Shown: positions 16,511 through 24,468 of the stretch, one piece after another | How the letters are laid out: every line of letters starts with the position of its first letter | Position numbering within the stretch: the first letter of the stretch is position 1 | Virus record (IMG/VR): IMGVR_UViG_3300049166_000062 | Location: 1-59,591 of that record | DNA length: 59,591 nucleotides | From: a virus | Lineage: Duplodnaviria > Caudoviricetes | Strand: one strand, 5' to 3' | Program-made: the position numbers and the translations under genes | Notes under the pieces: model-generated | Told to the model about the DNA's origin: nothing | Database searches by the model: none | The model's input: the letters and a program-made list of their open reading frames with translations, nothing else

Positions 16511-16831
16511 ATGTCCGATTTCAATCCCGGCCAGCTTGTGGAGTGCGTCGACGACGGGTTCCGATTCATCCCAACGGAGCCGTCAGGCCTGAAGAAGCCG
16601 AGGCGTGGAATGGTCTATCGGATCCGCAGCATTGAGGTCTGGCCAGTCCGAGAGCGCGGTTGTGACGTCCAGTTCATCCGGCTCGACGAGATCCGGAACC
16701 CATTATTCTCGACCAAAAACTTCGGCATGCAGGAGCCGGTGTTTGAGGCCAGCGCCTTCAAGCCGCTCTCCGATAGCCGGCTCGACGTCTTCCACAAAAT
16801 CGAGGCCTCGATCTGGAGGACGCCGGCATGA
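16511..16831 (+). CDS. Hypothetical protein
   Basis: GAGG SD; F.PGQLVECVD...YRIR...FKPL motif. Confidence 0.7.
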   Translation: MSDFNPGQLVECVDDGFRFIPTEPSGLKKPRRGMVYRIRSIEVWPVRERGCDVQFIRLDEIRNPLFSTKNFGMQEPVFEASAFKPLSDSRLDVFHKIEASIWRTPA

Positions 16832-17199
16832 GGCGCGCCCGCCATTCCATGCCGTTGTGCTCGGCAGTCGGTCTCACCATTGCGGCGATCGCGGTTATCA
16901 TCGCCATCATGGCGGGGATCGACGAGGCCCAGCCCCATGAGGCTGAGCCCACAGCTGCGCAGCCGCAGGGGTGGTCTTATCCGTTCTCGTGCTGTTCAGG
17001 TTACGATTGCCGCGCTGTCCCGGCCGACTGGGTGAAGGAGAGCTCGAGTGGCTTTCGCATCGTCATCACCGGCGAGATCGTCGGCTATTCCGACACCAGA
17101 CTGAAGGACAGCCCGGACGGCGATACCCATTGGTGCTCGGTCGCTGGCGCAAATGACGGCCGCACGATCTGTCTCTTCGTTCCGCCACGGAGCTTTTAG
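16828..17199 (+). CDS. Exported/membrane-anchored Cys-rich protein
   Basis: Hydrophobic N-terminus; WSYPFSCCSGYDC...SPDG..HWC...ICLFVP. Confidence 0.75.
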   Translation: MRRARHSMPLCSAVGLTIAAIAVIIAIMAGIDEAQPHEAEPTAAQPQGWSYPFSCCSGYDCRAVPADWVKESSSGFRIVITGEIVGYSDTRLKDSPDGDTHWCSVAGANDGRTICLFVPPRSF

Positions 17200-17201
17200 C
17201 C

Positions 17202-17936
17202 GTGCGTACGCTGATCTACTGCCCGCACCCAATGCTCGAGGCCCGCTACGGTGTCGTTGCCCGCACAGCCGGCATGGAGCCGATCACAGCGGCCCGGCAT
17301 CAGGAGTTCGGTTCTGCTCTGTTCAGGGACCCGGAATCGCTCGGCATCCTATGGGCGGTGGGCGAATCCTCCGCCGCCTATACCGTCCGCGATTACCGCC
17401 GGGCCGATATTCGAAACCTGCTCATCGTTTTGCTCGAGGAGCAGGGTTCTGCTGAGCGGAGAGGCGAGGAGAGGGCCCGCGTCCTGATGGCCGGCGCCGA
17501 CGACGTCCAGCCCGATACCATCGATCCCCTGGAACTCTGCGCCCGCCTGAAGATGCTGCGAGACCGCGGCGCTTACGTCGATCACCAGCGCATTGAGCTA
17601 CCGGGATGCGTCTACATCGACGCCCTGAAGGCGATCGAGACGTCGACCGGTGCCGTGAAGCTGTCGCCGAAGGTGGGCGATCTCCTCGTCGCCCTTGCCC
17701 GTCGTCCGGGTATGACCCGCACGAAACAGCAGCTGATGGACGATCTCTACGGCGGGACAAAGGAGCCGGACATCAAGATCGTCGACGTTCTGATCTGCAA
17801 GCTTCGCCAGAAGATCATGAAGGCTACAGGCGGGCTCGACTGCGTCCAAACGATCTGGTCGCGAGGGTATCAATTTATCCCGGAAGGTTTCGTCCCCGTG
17901 ATTTCCGAAGCTCGGAAGAGGGCGGTGGCGGGATGA
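17202..17936 (+). CDS. CtrA-like OmpR-family regulator with degenerate receiver
   Basis: LYGGTKEPDIKIVDVLICKLRQKI...QTIWSRGY matches the CtrA DNA-binding domain; GADD present; acidic pocket absent. Confidence 0.8.
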   Translation: MRTLIYCPHPMLEARYGVVARTAGMEPITAARHQEFGSALFRDPESLGILWAVGESSAAYTVRDYRRADIRNLLIVLLEEQGSAERRGEERARVLMAGADDVQPDTIDPLELCARLKMLRDRGAYVDHQRIELPGCVYIDALKAIETSTGAVKLSPKVGDLLVALARRPGMTRTKQQLMDDLYGGTKEPDIKIVDVLICKLRQKIMKATGGLDCVQTIWSRGYQFIPEGFVPVISEARKRAVAG

Positions 17937-18073
17937 CTATCGGAATCGGCTTCTCCAGCGTGTTCGCCATCCCGTTTGCCTTGAGCGTCATTCATGATGA
18001 CAACTGGCGGGAAACCTGCGTCGCCCTCCATTTCGGGCCGTTCATCGTTGACGTGACCTGGGGGTGGTCGTGA
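17933..18073 (+). CDS. Small hypothetical protein
   Basis: 46 aa, ATGA/GTGA-coupled. Confidence 0.5.
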   Translation: MTIGIGFSSVFAIPFALSVIHDDNWRETCVALHFGPFIVDVTWGWS

Positions 18074-18561
18074 CGGACGAGCCGCGCGCCATCCGGGACA
18101 TCCTCGCCGAATGCCTCCGCCGCGAGAGGCTGGGATTGATACGCCCATTGTGGGCCGACTGGAGCCGCGTTGACGACGCCTCCTGCGAACAGGTCCGCCT
18201 CCGTGCCGATCATCTGATCCGCCTCCTCGCCGATCTAGGCGTCGAGCTCGTCCAGACCGGTGAGCCGAAGGCGGTGGAGCGTCCCGACAGCGCGATTGTG
18301 ATGCGGTGCCCACTCGCCGGCAATGCCGCCACGGAACGCATGATCAGGTGCGCCAGCGACCGCTGGGAGATCGCTACCATAACGGCCGGCGTCGAGACGG
18401 TGGAGCAATCCTTCACCCTGACCGAGGCCATGTTGAACGCCGGTCTTGTCCTCTCCGATGATCCCGAGGCGCGCACGATCCCGGCGCTGGGCCGGAGGCT
18501 CGCCGCAGTTACCGAAATCTACCGTCTGAACGCCGCGACCATGCCGGAGACTGGCGAATGA
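18070..18561 (+). CDS. Hypothetical protein
   Basis: Coupled on both sides. Confidence 0.7.
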   Translation: MTDEPRAIRDILAECLRRERLGLIRPLWADWSRVDDASCEQVRLRADHLIRLLADLGVELVQTGEPKAVERPDSAIVMRCPLAGNAATERMIRCASDRWEIATITAGVETVEQSFTLTEAMLNAGLVLSDDPEARTIPALGRRLAAVTEIYRLNAATMPETGE

Positions 18562-18740
18562 ATGCCGGCATCGGCCGCCTCCATCGCGAGCTCGTCGACG
18601 GACTGGCGACGTTCCAGGCCGATCTGTTGCGCCGCGCGGCCGGCGAGATGGCCGACGCGCTGGATCGAGACGCCATGCGGGACATCGAGGGCGCCAGCGA
18701 CTGGCGCGACCCACGAAGCAAAAGGAGACAGCAGTCATGA
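18558..18740 (+). CDS. Hypothetical protein
   Basis: 60 aa, ATGA overlaps at both ends. Confidence 0.6.
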   Translation: MNAGIGRLHRELVDGLATFQADLLRRAAGEMADALDRDAMRDIEGASDWRDPRSKRRQQS

Positions 18741-18988
18741 AGAACAGACTGACGGACCTCAACGATCACCTGTTCGCACAGTTGGAGCGGCTCTCGGAGG
18801 AGTCCCTGACCGCGGAGCAGATCGAAACCGAGGTGAAGCGAACGGCCGCGATGGTCGATGTCGCTGACAAGATCGTCGACAACGCCCGGCTAGGGCTTCA
18901 GGCCGCCAAGCTGGTTGCCGACCACGGCGACCGCTTCCGAAAAGACCTGCCGATGCTCTCCGCCCCCGCCGTGGAGGGCAAGGCGTGA
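18737..18988 (+). CDS. Conserved phage protein (MKNxLxDLNxHLFxQLERL family)
   Basis: AAGGAG SD; this family typically precedes an HNH gene. Confidence 0.8.
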   Translation: MKNRLTDLNDHLFAQLERLSEESLTAEQIETEVKRTAAMVDVADKIVDNARLGLQAAKLVADHGDRFRKDLPMLSAPAVEGKA

Positions 18989-19638
18989 AGGGTCGCCAGA
19001 TCCGCTACAGCGAGGCGGAACTCGCCTTCATCGAATGGCGGCAGGCGATGAGCCGTCGTGCCCTGCACGCGGCCTTCGTGGCTGAGTTCGGGCGCATCGA
19101 TATCAAGGTCGACGACATCAAGTCGCTGTGCACTCGCAAGGGCTGGAAGACCGGGCGCGACGGGCGCTTCGATAAGGGTGCGGTGCCGGCGAACAAGGGC
19201 AAGAAGATGCCCTACAACGCGAATTGCGCCCGCACACAGTTTAAGAAGGGCAACCGAACCGGCCGGGCTAACCATGTCTACAAGCCGATTGGTAGCGAGC
19301 GCATTTCAAAAGATGGCTACCTGGAGCGGAAGGTTCATGATGGAATGCCGCTGCAGTCTCGGTGGCGCATGGTGCAGCACATCCGCTGGGAGGAGGTCAA
19401 TGGGCCGGTCGCCGCCGGATATGTGCTGAAATCGCGAGACGGCAACCGTCAGAACACAGACCCATCAAATTGGGAACTGGTCCCGCGCGCCATCCTGCCG
19501 CGCCTCAATGGCCGTTTCGGCCGCGACTACGACAGCGCTCCATCTGAACTGAAGCCGACCATCATGGCCGTTGCCAAGCTGGAACATGCCGCGCGCAGGA
19601 AGGCCCGCTCCCGCCCCGATGAAAGGTCGTCAGCATGA
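18985..19638 (+). CDS. HNH-signature protein with FxKG repeats
   Basis: GRFDKG..P.NKGK, TQFKKG, KPIGSER..KDGY, WEEVNGPV...DGNRQN...SNWELV. Confidence 0.8.
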   Translation: MKGRQIRYSEAELAFIEWRQAMSRRALHAAFVAEFGRIDIKVDDIKSLCTRKGWKTGRDGRFDKGAVPANKGKKMPYNANCARTQFKKGNRTGRANHVYKPIGSERISKDGYLERKVHDGMPLQSRWRMVQHIRWEEVNGPVAAGYVLKSRDGNRQNTDPSNWELVPRAILPRLNGRFGRDYDSAPSELKPTIMAVAKLEHAARRKARSRPDERSSA

Positions 19639-19655
19639 CGACCGTCCTGCAAGCC

Positions 19656-19949
19656 TTAGGCAGCCGTCCAGTTGTCTGTAGCCTGGCGCTCACTCCGACC
19701 CGGCATGTCCGAAACCAGAATGCCGGCGGCCCGGGCAAACGCTTCGAACGTCTGCCGCGCCGTCTCGTCATCACATTCGCAGGCCAAGGCAGCCCGACAG
19801 GCATCAATAGCGGCCTCGTGCGTAGGGCCGCGGCCTCCCGAAGGCCAATCATTCAGCAACTCAAAGGCTGCCCTCGCACTTCGAATATCGTGGGCGAACC
19901 CGAGTCCAATGAGGATCGATACTGGCCGGGAGAATTGTCTGCTCTTCAT
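19656..19949 (-). CDS. DUF982 family protein (copy 1)
   Basis: F.RPV...IRS...A..LL..WP...G....A...C..AL...AR..F..FA..AGIL. Confidence 0.85.
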   Translation of the reverse strand: MKSRQFSRPVSILIGLGFAHDIRSARAAFELLNDWPSGGRGPTHEAAIDACRAALACECDDETARQTFEAFARAAGILVSDMPGRSERQATDNWTAA

Positions 19950-19959
19950 GATGATCTCC

Positions 19960-19984
19960 AACGAGCGAGCGCAAAGATAGTTGC
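19960..19984 (-). promoter_or_regulatory. EcfG-type promoter GCAAC-N16-CGTT
   Basis: One mismatch to consensus; 10 nt upstream of ATG 19949. Confidence 0.55.
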
Positions 19985-20078
19985 CAGCAATATGCACGGA
20001 GCGCTCGGCCAGGTGCGATCCAGCCCTTCGGTGCAGTACCTTCATGCAAATGTTGGATTAGGTGTGTCGGCCGTGCTT

Positions 20079-20333
20079 TCAGCGCGGGTCGGCATCAATC
20101 AGGATACCCGCCTCCCTTGCGGCGGCTACGAATGCCTCTCTGGCATGATCTGGCGGCTGCTCGTTCTTCAGAACGGCGATGCAGGCCACGCGAGCCGCCC
20201 GATGCTCAGCGCCACCAACTGTCGGCCATTGGTAGAGCAGCCATTGCGCAGCGGCACGCGTGGAACTGATCACACGGAATTTGCCAGCTGCTTCGACCCG
20301 CACAGGCTTGGTCCAGTACATTTCCCGCAGCAT
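20079..20333 (-). CDS. DUF982 family protein (copy 2)
   Basis: WTKPV...ISST..AAQWLL..WP...A...C...AREAFVAAAREAGIL. Confidence 0.85.
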   Translation of the reverse strand: MLREMYWTKPVRVEAAGKFRVISSTRAAAQWLLYQWPTVGGAEHRAARVACIAVLKNEQPPDHAREAFVAAAREAGILIDADPR

Positions 20334-20339
20334 GAGGGC

Positions 20340-20642
20340 TCACCTCGCCGACCTCGCCCAATCGTCGGCTTCCCGCAATCTCGGCAGCGGCTCATCTCTG
20401 GCCAGAACACCAGCAATCCGGGCGAACGCCGCCAGGGCCTTTCGCGCTTCTTCGGCCGGGCCCTCATCGATTGTAACGGCGAAGCAGGCATTCAAGGCCC
20501 GTTGGAAGATCGGGCTGCCCCGCGCCGCCGCGGGCCAGTTCTGAAGAAATGTGAGCGCTTCCTCAACATCGTAGATTTCGGTCACCGGCTCACCGGCTTC
20601 GGTCACGATGCGCACCGGCAGTGGAAACTGCATTCTGTCCAT
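20340..20642 (-). CDS. DUF982 family protein (copy 3)
   Basis: GGAGG SD; FPLPV...I.DVEEAL.FL..WP...ALNAC...ARKA..AFA..AGVL. Confidence 0.85.
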   Translation of the reverse strand: MDRMQFPLPVRIVTEAGEPVTEIYDVEEALTFLQNWPAAARGSPIFQRALNACFAVTIDEGPAEEARKALAAFARIAGVLARDEPLPRLREADDWARSAR

Positions 20643-20836
20643 CGATCGCCTCCGGGCAGCTTAAGCCGCCTCATGATCATGGAAGCATACTCCTTGCGTG
20701 TCCGGGACATCAAGCTGGCTGACCTACCGCGCTGGATCATCCATCGTCTCGGATACGCCAATCTTCGCAAGGTCGAGAAATGCGCCTTCGTCGCGCTGAT
20801 CGCCAACGAACCTCCCGAAACTGAAAGGACACCGAC

Positions 20837-22678
20837 ATGACCTTGCAGACGCGAACGGTCGCGCTCGCTGATCTCGAGCTCGACGACGACATCAACGCCC
20901 GTCGCCATCGCACCGATGAGGGTATCGAAGAACTGAAGGCATCGATCCGCGCCCATGGCCTCGTGCAGGCGCTGCGCGTGCGCCCGACCGGAGCCACCGG
21001 CAAGTTCAAGATCGTCGCCGGCAGCCGTCGCTGCCGGGTTCTGTCGGAATTGTGCACCGATGGCGACAGCGCCGCCGGCGTCCAGGTGACACCGGAATTC
21101 CCGGTGCCGGTGATCGTAGGTGACGATGACGACCAAACCGCGCGCGAGCTCAGCCAGGCCGAGAACTTCATCCGGCTCCCCCAGCACGAGGCCGACACCT
21201 ACGAGACTTTCCGGGAACTCGCCGATCGCGGTCTCGATGAGGCGCAGATCGCCGCCCGGTTTGGCATCGATGTGAAGCGCGTGCGCCGCATGCTGGCGTT
21301 GGGGCGGTTGTCGCCGATGATCCTGGGGGCGTGGCGGGACGGCAGTCTCGACGAGCGCGGCCGTGCCTTTGAGACTGTCCGCGCCTTTACGCTGGCGCCG
21401 ACGAGGGAGGATCAGGAGCGTGTTTTCACGAGGTTGGTGAAGGACCGCAATCTGCATAGCGGCGCAGTGCTGGCCGCGTTCGGCGGCAACGATCACAACG
21501 CCGCCAAGCACATCAAGATCGCCGGGCTGGAGGCTTATCGCGCTGCCGGCGGGCAGGTGACACAGGATTTGTTCGGCGACAACCACATCATCGCCGACAA
21601 AGCCCTTGCCCAACGCGTGGCTGAGGAAAAGATCACGGCTACGCTCGCCGGCCTGAAGGCTGAGGGCTGGGCGTGGGTCAGCCTTGCGTCCGACCTGCCG
21701 TATTCGTGGCACTATAGCTGGAGCAAGCTGAAGCCCGGCGACGGCAAGCCGACTGCAGACGAAAAGAAGCAGATCAAGAAGCTGCAGAAAGCGGTTGCCA
21801 AAGGGACCGACGGTGCCGCCGACGAGCTCGCCACCCTACAGAAGGCAGTCGTCGATCGGCAATGGAATGCGGACCAGCTGAAGACCGCCGGCGCTGTGCT
21901 GGAGATCGGGCACCATGGCGATCTCACTGTCACCCGCGGCGTCGTGAAGCCCGGCGCAGACAAGAAGGCGGCGGCCAAGACTGAAGGCCCGACAGAGAAG
22001 GTGGCTCCGACGATCTCGCAGGCGATGGTGCACCGGCTGTCCATTCAGGCCACCATGGCGATGCGGACCGCGCTCGGGCAAGAGCCGCGCCTTGGCCTCA
22101 TTGCGCTGTTGGCCGCCTTGGCGGCGAAGCGATCGATGTACGACACCGGCCGGGATCGCCCGGTTCGTGTGCTGCATGAGGGCCTGGGCTGGCAAAAAGA
22201 GAATGAGAACGGAGCCAGCTTCGAGAACGCGTTCAAGGCCATTCGCGAAGCTGCTGACGACGAAGAACTTTTCAGGATTGCGGCAGGCATCGCCGGGCGA
22301 GCCGTCGACCTGCAGCACACTTCGTTCCAGAAGGGCGGCGGCGCTCTCGCCGCCGCGATTGACGCGGACCGCATGAATGCCGCGCTGCGCGAAGCCTTTG
22401 ACGCCGTCGACTATTTCAACGGTGTTGCCAAGCCATTCGTGATCCAGGCCATTCGCGAAGCCGTTAACGAGGATGAAGCCCGCAAGGCGGAGAAGCTGAA
22501 GAAGAAGGAACTCGTCGAGTTCGCGGCCGCCAACGTGCCGCAGACAGGTTGGTTGCCGCCAGAGCTCCGCTGCGCGACCTATTCGGGGCCGGGGGAGGTA
22601 CCGAAGCCCTCCGAAGCGCCGCCCCTCGATCCCGACCTCGATGCGATCGAGGACAAAGAGCTGGACGAGGTCGCCTGA
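20837..22678 (+). CDS. parB: Long ParB/Spo0J-family protein
   Basis: IEELKASIRAHGLVQAL.VR, IVAGSRR, AENFIR, IAARFG HTH. Confidence 0.85.
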   Translation: MTLQTRTVALADLELDDDINARRHRTDEGIEELKASIRAHGLVQALRVRPTGATGKFKIVAGSRRCRVLSELCTDGDSAAGVQVTPEFPVPVIVGDDDDQTARELSQAENFIRLPQHEADTYETFRELADRGLDEAQIAARFGIDVKRVRRMLALGRLSPMILGAWRDGSLDERGRAFETVRAFTLAPTREDQERVFTRLVKDRNLHSGAVLAAFGGNDHNAAKHIKIAGLEAYRAAGGQVTQDLFGDNHIIADKALAQRVAEEKITATLAGLKAEGWAWVSLASDLPYSWHYSWSKLKPGDGKPTADEKKQIKKLQKAVAKGTDGAADELATLQKAVVDRQWNADQLKTAGAVLEIGHHGDLTVTRGVVKPGADKKAAAKTEGPTEKVAPTISQAMVHRLSIQATMAMRTALGQEPRLGLIALLAALAAKRSMYDTGRDRPVRVLHEGLGWQKENENGASFENAFKAIREAADDEELFRIAAGIAGRAVDLQHTSFQKGGGALAAAIDADRMNAALREAFDAVDYFNGVAKPFVIQAIREAVNEDEARKAEKLKKKELVEFAAANVPQTGWLPPELRCATYSGPGEVPKPSEAPPLDPDLDAIEDKELDEVA

Positions 22679-22944
22679 TCGTCATGCAGTTGATTTTGCC
22701 CGACAAGGATGTACGCCTCGATCGCGGCATCAGCGAATGCCTTTCTGGCCGCTTCAGCGGAAACATGCCCCTGGATTGCACCTCGCAGGGCTCTGTCCGC
22801 CATCGAAGACATCGGGCCGGCACGGTTCGGCCATTTGTCGTTCGAAAGGCACTTCATCGCTTCCCAAACGGTGTGGACCAGGCGAGTTTTGCCGGCCTTG
22901 CCGAAGCTGATGCGAACCGGACGATCAAAGCGGATCTGTTTCAT
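22579..22944 (-). CDS. DUF982 family protein (copy 4); C-terminus runs 100 nt into parB
   Basis: FDRPV...VHTVWEA..CL...WP...ARKAFADAAIEAYIL. Confidence 0.8.
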   Translation of the reverse strand: MKQIRFDRPVRISFGKAGKTRLVHTVWEAMKCLSNDKWPNRAGPMSSMADRALRGAIQGHVSAEAARKAFADAAIEAYILVGQNQLHDDQATSSSSLSSIASRSGSRGGASEGFGTSPGPE

Positions 22945-22954
22945 GGCGTAGTCG

Positions 22955-22979
22955 AACGTGTTCCTCTTGCGGAAGTTCC
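22955..22979 (-). promoter_or_regulatory. EcfG/RpoE2 promoter GGAAC-N16-CGTT
   Basis: Perfect consensus 10 nt upstream of ATG 22944. Confidence 0.75.
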
Positions 22980-23001
22980 AAGAATAAAGGCCGGAGGAGA
23001 C

Positions 23002-23301
23002 TTATCGCTTCCGCTTGATCCTGTTTGGCATCGGCACGCGGTCCACGTCGCCGATCAGTATACCGGCTTCCTCGGCGGCCTCGCGAAAGGCCTCGCGCGC
23101 CGCCGCTGCCTTGCGCTGGCCTTCCAGCGCGTCAAGGCAGGCTTTGCGAGCCGCACGGGCCTTGGCGGTGTCGATCTCCTTCGGCCATCTGAAGAGCAGC
23201 CATTCCGCCGCCTGGCGGGCGCTGGAGACGTTCTGGCGCTGGCCGCGCGGCGCCTTCACCGTCACGAACTCGTTGAAGGGCCTATCGTCAAGCCTGGCCA
23301 T
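23002..23301 (-). CDS. DUF982 family protein (copy 5)
   Basis: VSSARQAAEWLL..WP...ARKACLDAL.G....AREAF.EAAEEAGIL. Confidence 0.85.
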   Translation of the reverse strand: MARLDDRPFNEFVTVKAPRGQRQNVSSARQAAEWLLFRWPKEIDTAKARAARKACLDALEGQRKAAAAREAFREAAEEAGILIGDVDRVPMPNRIKRKR

Positions 23302-23331
23302 CTTAGACGCCCTGAACACGCACCCGGCCTT

Positions 23332-23356
23332 AACGCTACATCGGCTTCACAGTTCC
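23332..23356 (-). promoter_or_regulatory. EcfG/RpoE2 promoter GGAAC-N16-CGTT
   Basis: Perfect consensus 30 nt upstream of ATG 23301. Confidence 0.75.
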
Positions 23357-23375
23357 CGGCAAGCGGGGCAGCATA

Positions 23376-23651
23376 ATGGCCGCCGCCGTCGACTTCCGCG
23401 GATCGAATTGGTTCCTCGGCCCTCCAACAGGGGCCGAGAACGTCGAGGGCATGCACACCTTCACCAATGGGCATTGCTCGGTTTCCTGCTGGGAATTCGA
23501 CGATGCCGAAATTGAAGAGATCGTCCGCACCCGTCGCCTCTTCATCAGCGTTCATTCCGGCCGCACCCAGCCGCCGGTCTTCGTCGCTCCGGAGACCGTC
23601 ATGCGCGGCTTCCTCGTCGACTACGGCGGGACGTGGAGGGTCGATCGGTGA
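23376..23651 (+). CDS. Hypothetical phage protein
   Basis: VDF.GSN..LGPP...SCWE...E..EI.RT......TQPPV motif. Confidence 0.75.
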   Translation: MAAAVDFRGSNWFLGPPTGAENVEGMHTFTNGHCSVSCWEFDDAEIEEIVRTRRLFISVHSGRTQPPVFVAPETVMRGFLVDYGGTWRVDR

Positions 23652-24184
23652 TTTCAGCTAGGCACGCCGTCCGCCGGCTGAGATGCGATCATCCAGGGCA
23701 TGACAGATTCAGATTCCTCCAGGATGTTGGCTCGTTTCGCAAAGTCAGCGAATGCCTTGCGAGCCTCGCTCATCGGAAATCGTCCATCATGAGCGGCGTG
23801 ACATGCCCGGACCGCTGTCTCGTGTATGAGGTCTTGGAGCTCTTCTGGCCACTCCATGAGAAAATCGACGGCATCATCCAAGGATGCAATTTCCCTCACG
23901 AGAAAGGTGCCCTCCTTCACGAAAACGGGGCCGTCAAACATCATGCTGTTCATAGTCTCCTCCATGTCTGTGAACGCGTTGGATATGCTGAGAAGGCAAG
24001 CGCGCCAGCGCGCTGCTTCAGCAAAATGTGTTGTCGAATTTCGCGGTATTCAAGGGGGCGTTCAGCTGTGACGCGCGGCGATGGACAGCATGGTCACGCA
24101 TGCCTCCGCGCGATGAAGGGTGTAATTCGCGGCAACCATCTGCCTTTATCCGCCATGCCTTCAGCAATGGAGGCAAGTCGATGA
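23648..24184 (+). other. Bridge ORF F (178 codons), antisense to DUF982 copy 6
   Basis: GTGA overlap with the 23651 stop; ATGA overlap with the 24181 start; codon-registered. Confidence 0.55.
23654..23953 (-). CDS. DUF982 family protein (copy 6)
   Basis: GGAGGAG SD; FDGPVFV...IASLDDAVDFL.EWP...ACH.A.DG..P...ARKAF..FA....IL. Confidence 0.85.
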   Translation of the reverse strand: MNSMMFDGPVFVKEGTFLVREIASLDDAVDFLMEWPEELQDLIHETAVRACHAAHDGRFPMSEARKAFADFAKRANILEESESVMPWMIASQPADGVPS

Positions 24185-24468
24185 ACGATGCCCAGGTCCG
24201 CGCCGTCCCCAACATGAACGGCTGGGAAGGCCACTTCCGCAAGGTCCACAAGGCAGGCTGGCATCCTGTCGAGATCAACGGCATCGCCCAGCTCTACGAA
24301 ACCGAGGAGAAGGCCAAGATCGCCGCCTATGAGGCGCTGCATCGTCATATCTTCGGCGATGGCATCCTCGGCACTGGCGAGAAGGCGTCGATCGCCAAGG
24401 CTGAGGTCGAGTTCGCCAAGATATTCCCAGGCAAAGGCCGCCGCCCGGTGGAGGTCGTCAGGAAATGA
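24181..24468 (+). CDS. Hypothetical protein
   Basis: GGAGG SD; ATGA-coupled at both ends. Confidence 0.7.
   Translation: MNDAQVRAVPNMNGWEGHFRKVHKAGWHPVEINGIAQLYETEEKAKIAAYEALHRHIFGDGILGTGEKASIAKAEVEFAKIFPGKGRRPVEVVRK

Larger units (their letters stand above)
19635..20840 (+). other. Bridge ORF D (401 codons), antisense to three DUF982 genes
   Basis: ATGA overlap with the HNH stop and ATGA overlap with the ParB start; all three antisense genes share its codon register. Confidence 0.55.
22684..23376 (+). other. Bridge ORF E (230 codons), antisense to two DUF982 genes
   Basis: ATG 5 nt after the parB stop; TAATG overlap with the 23376 start; codon-registered with both antisense genes. Confidence 0.55.
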
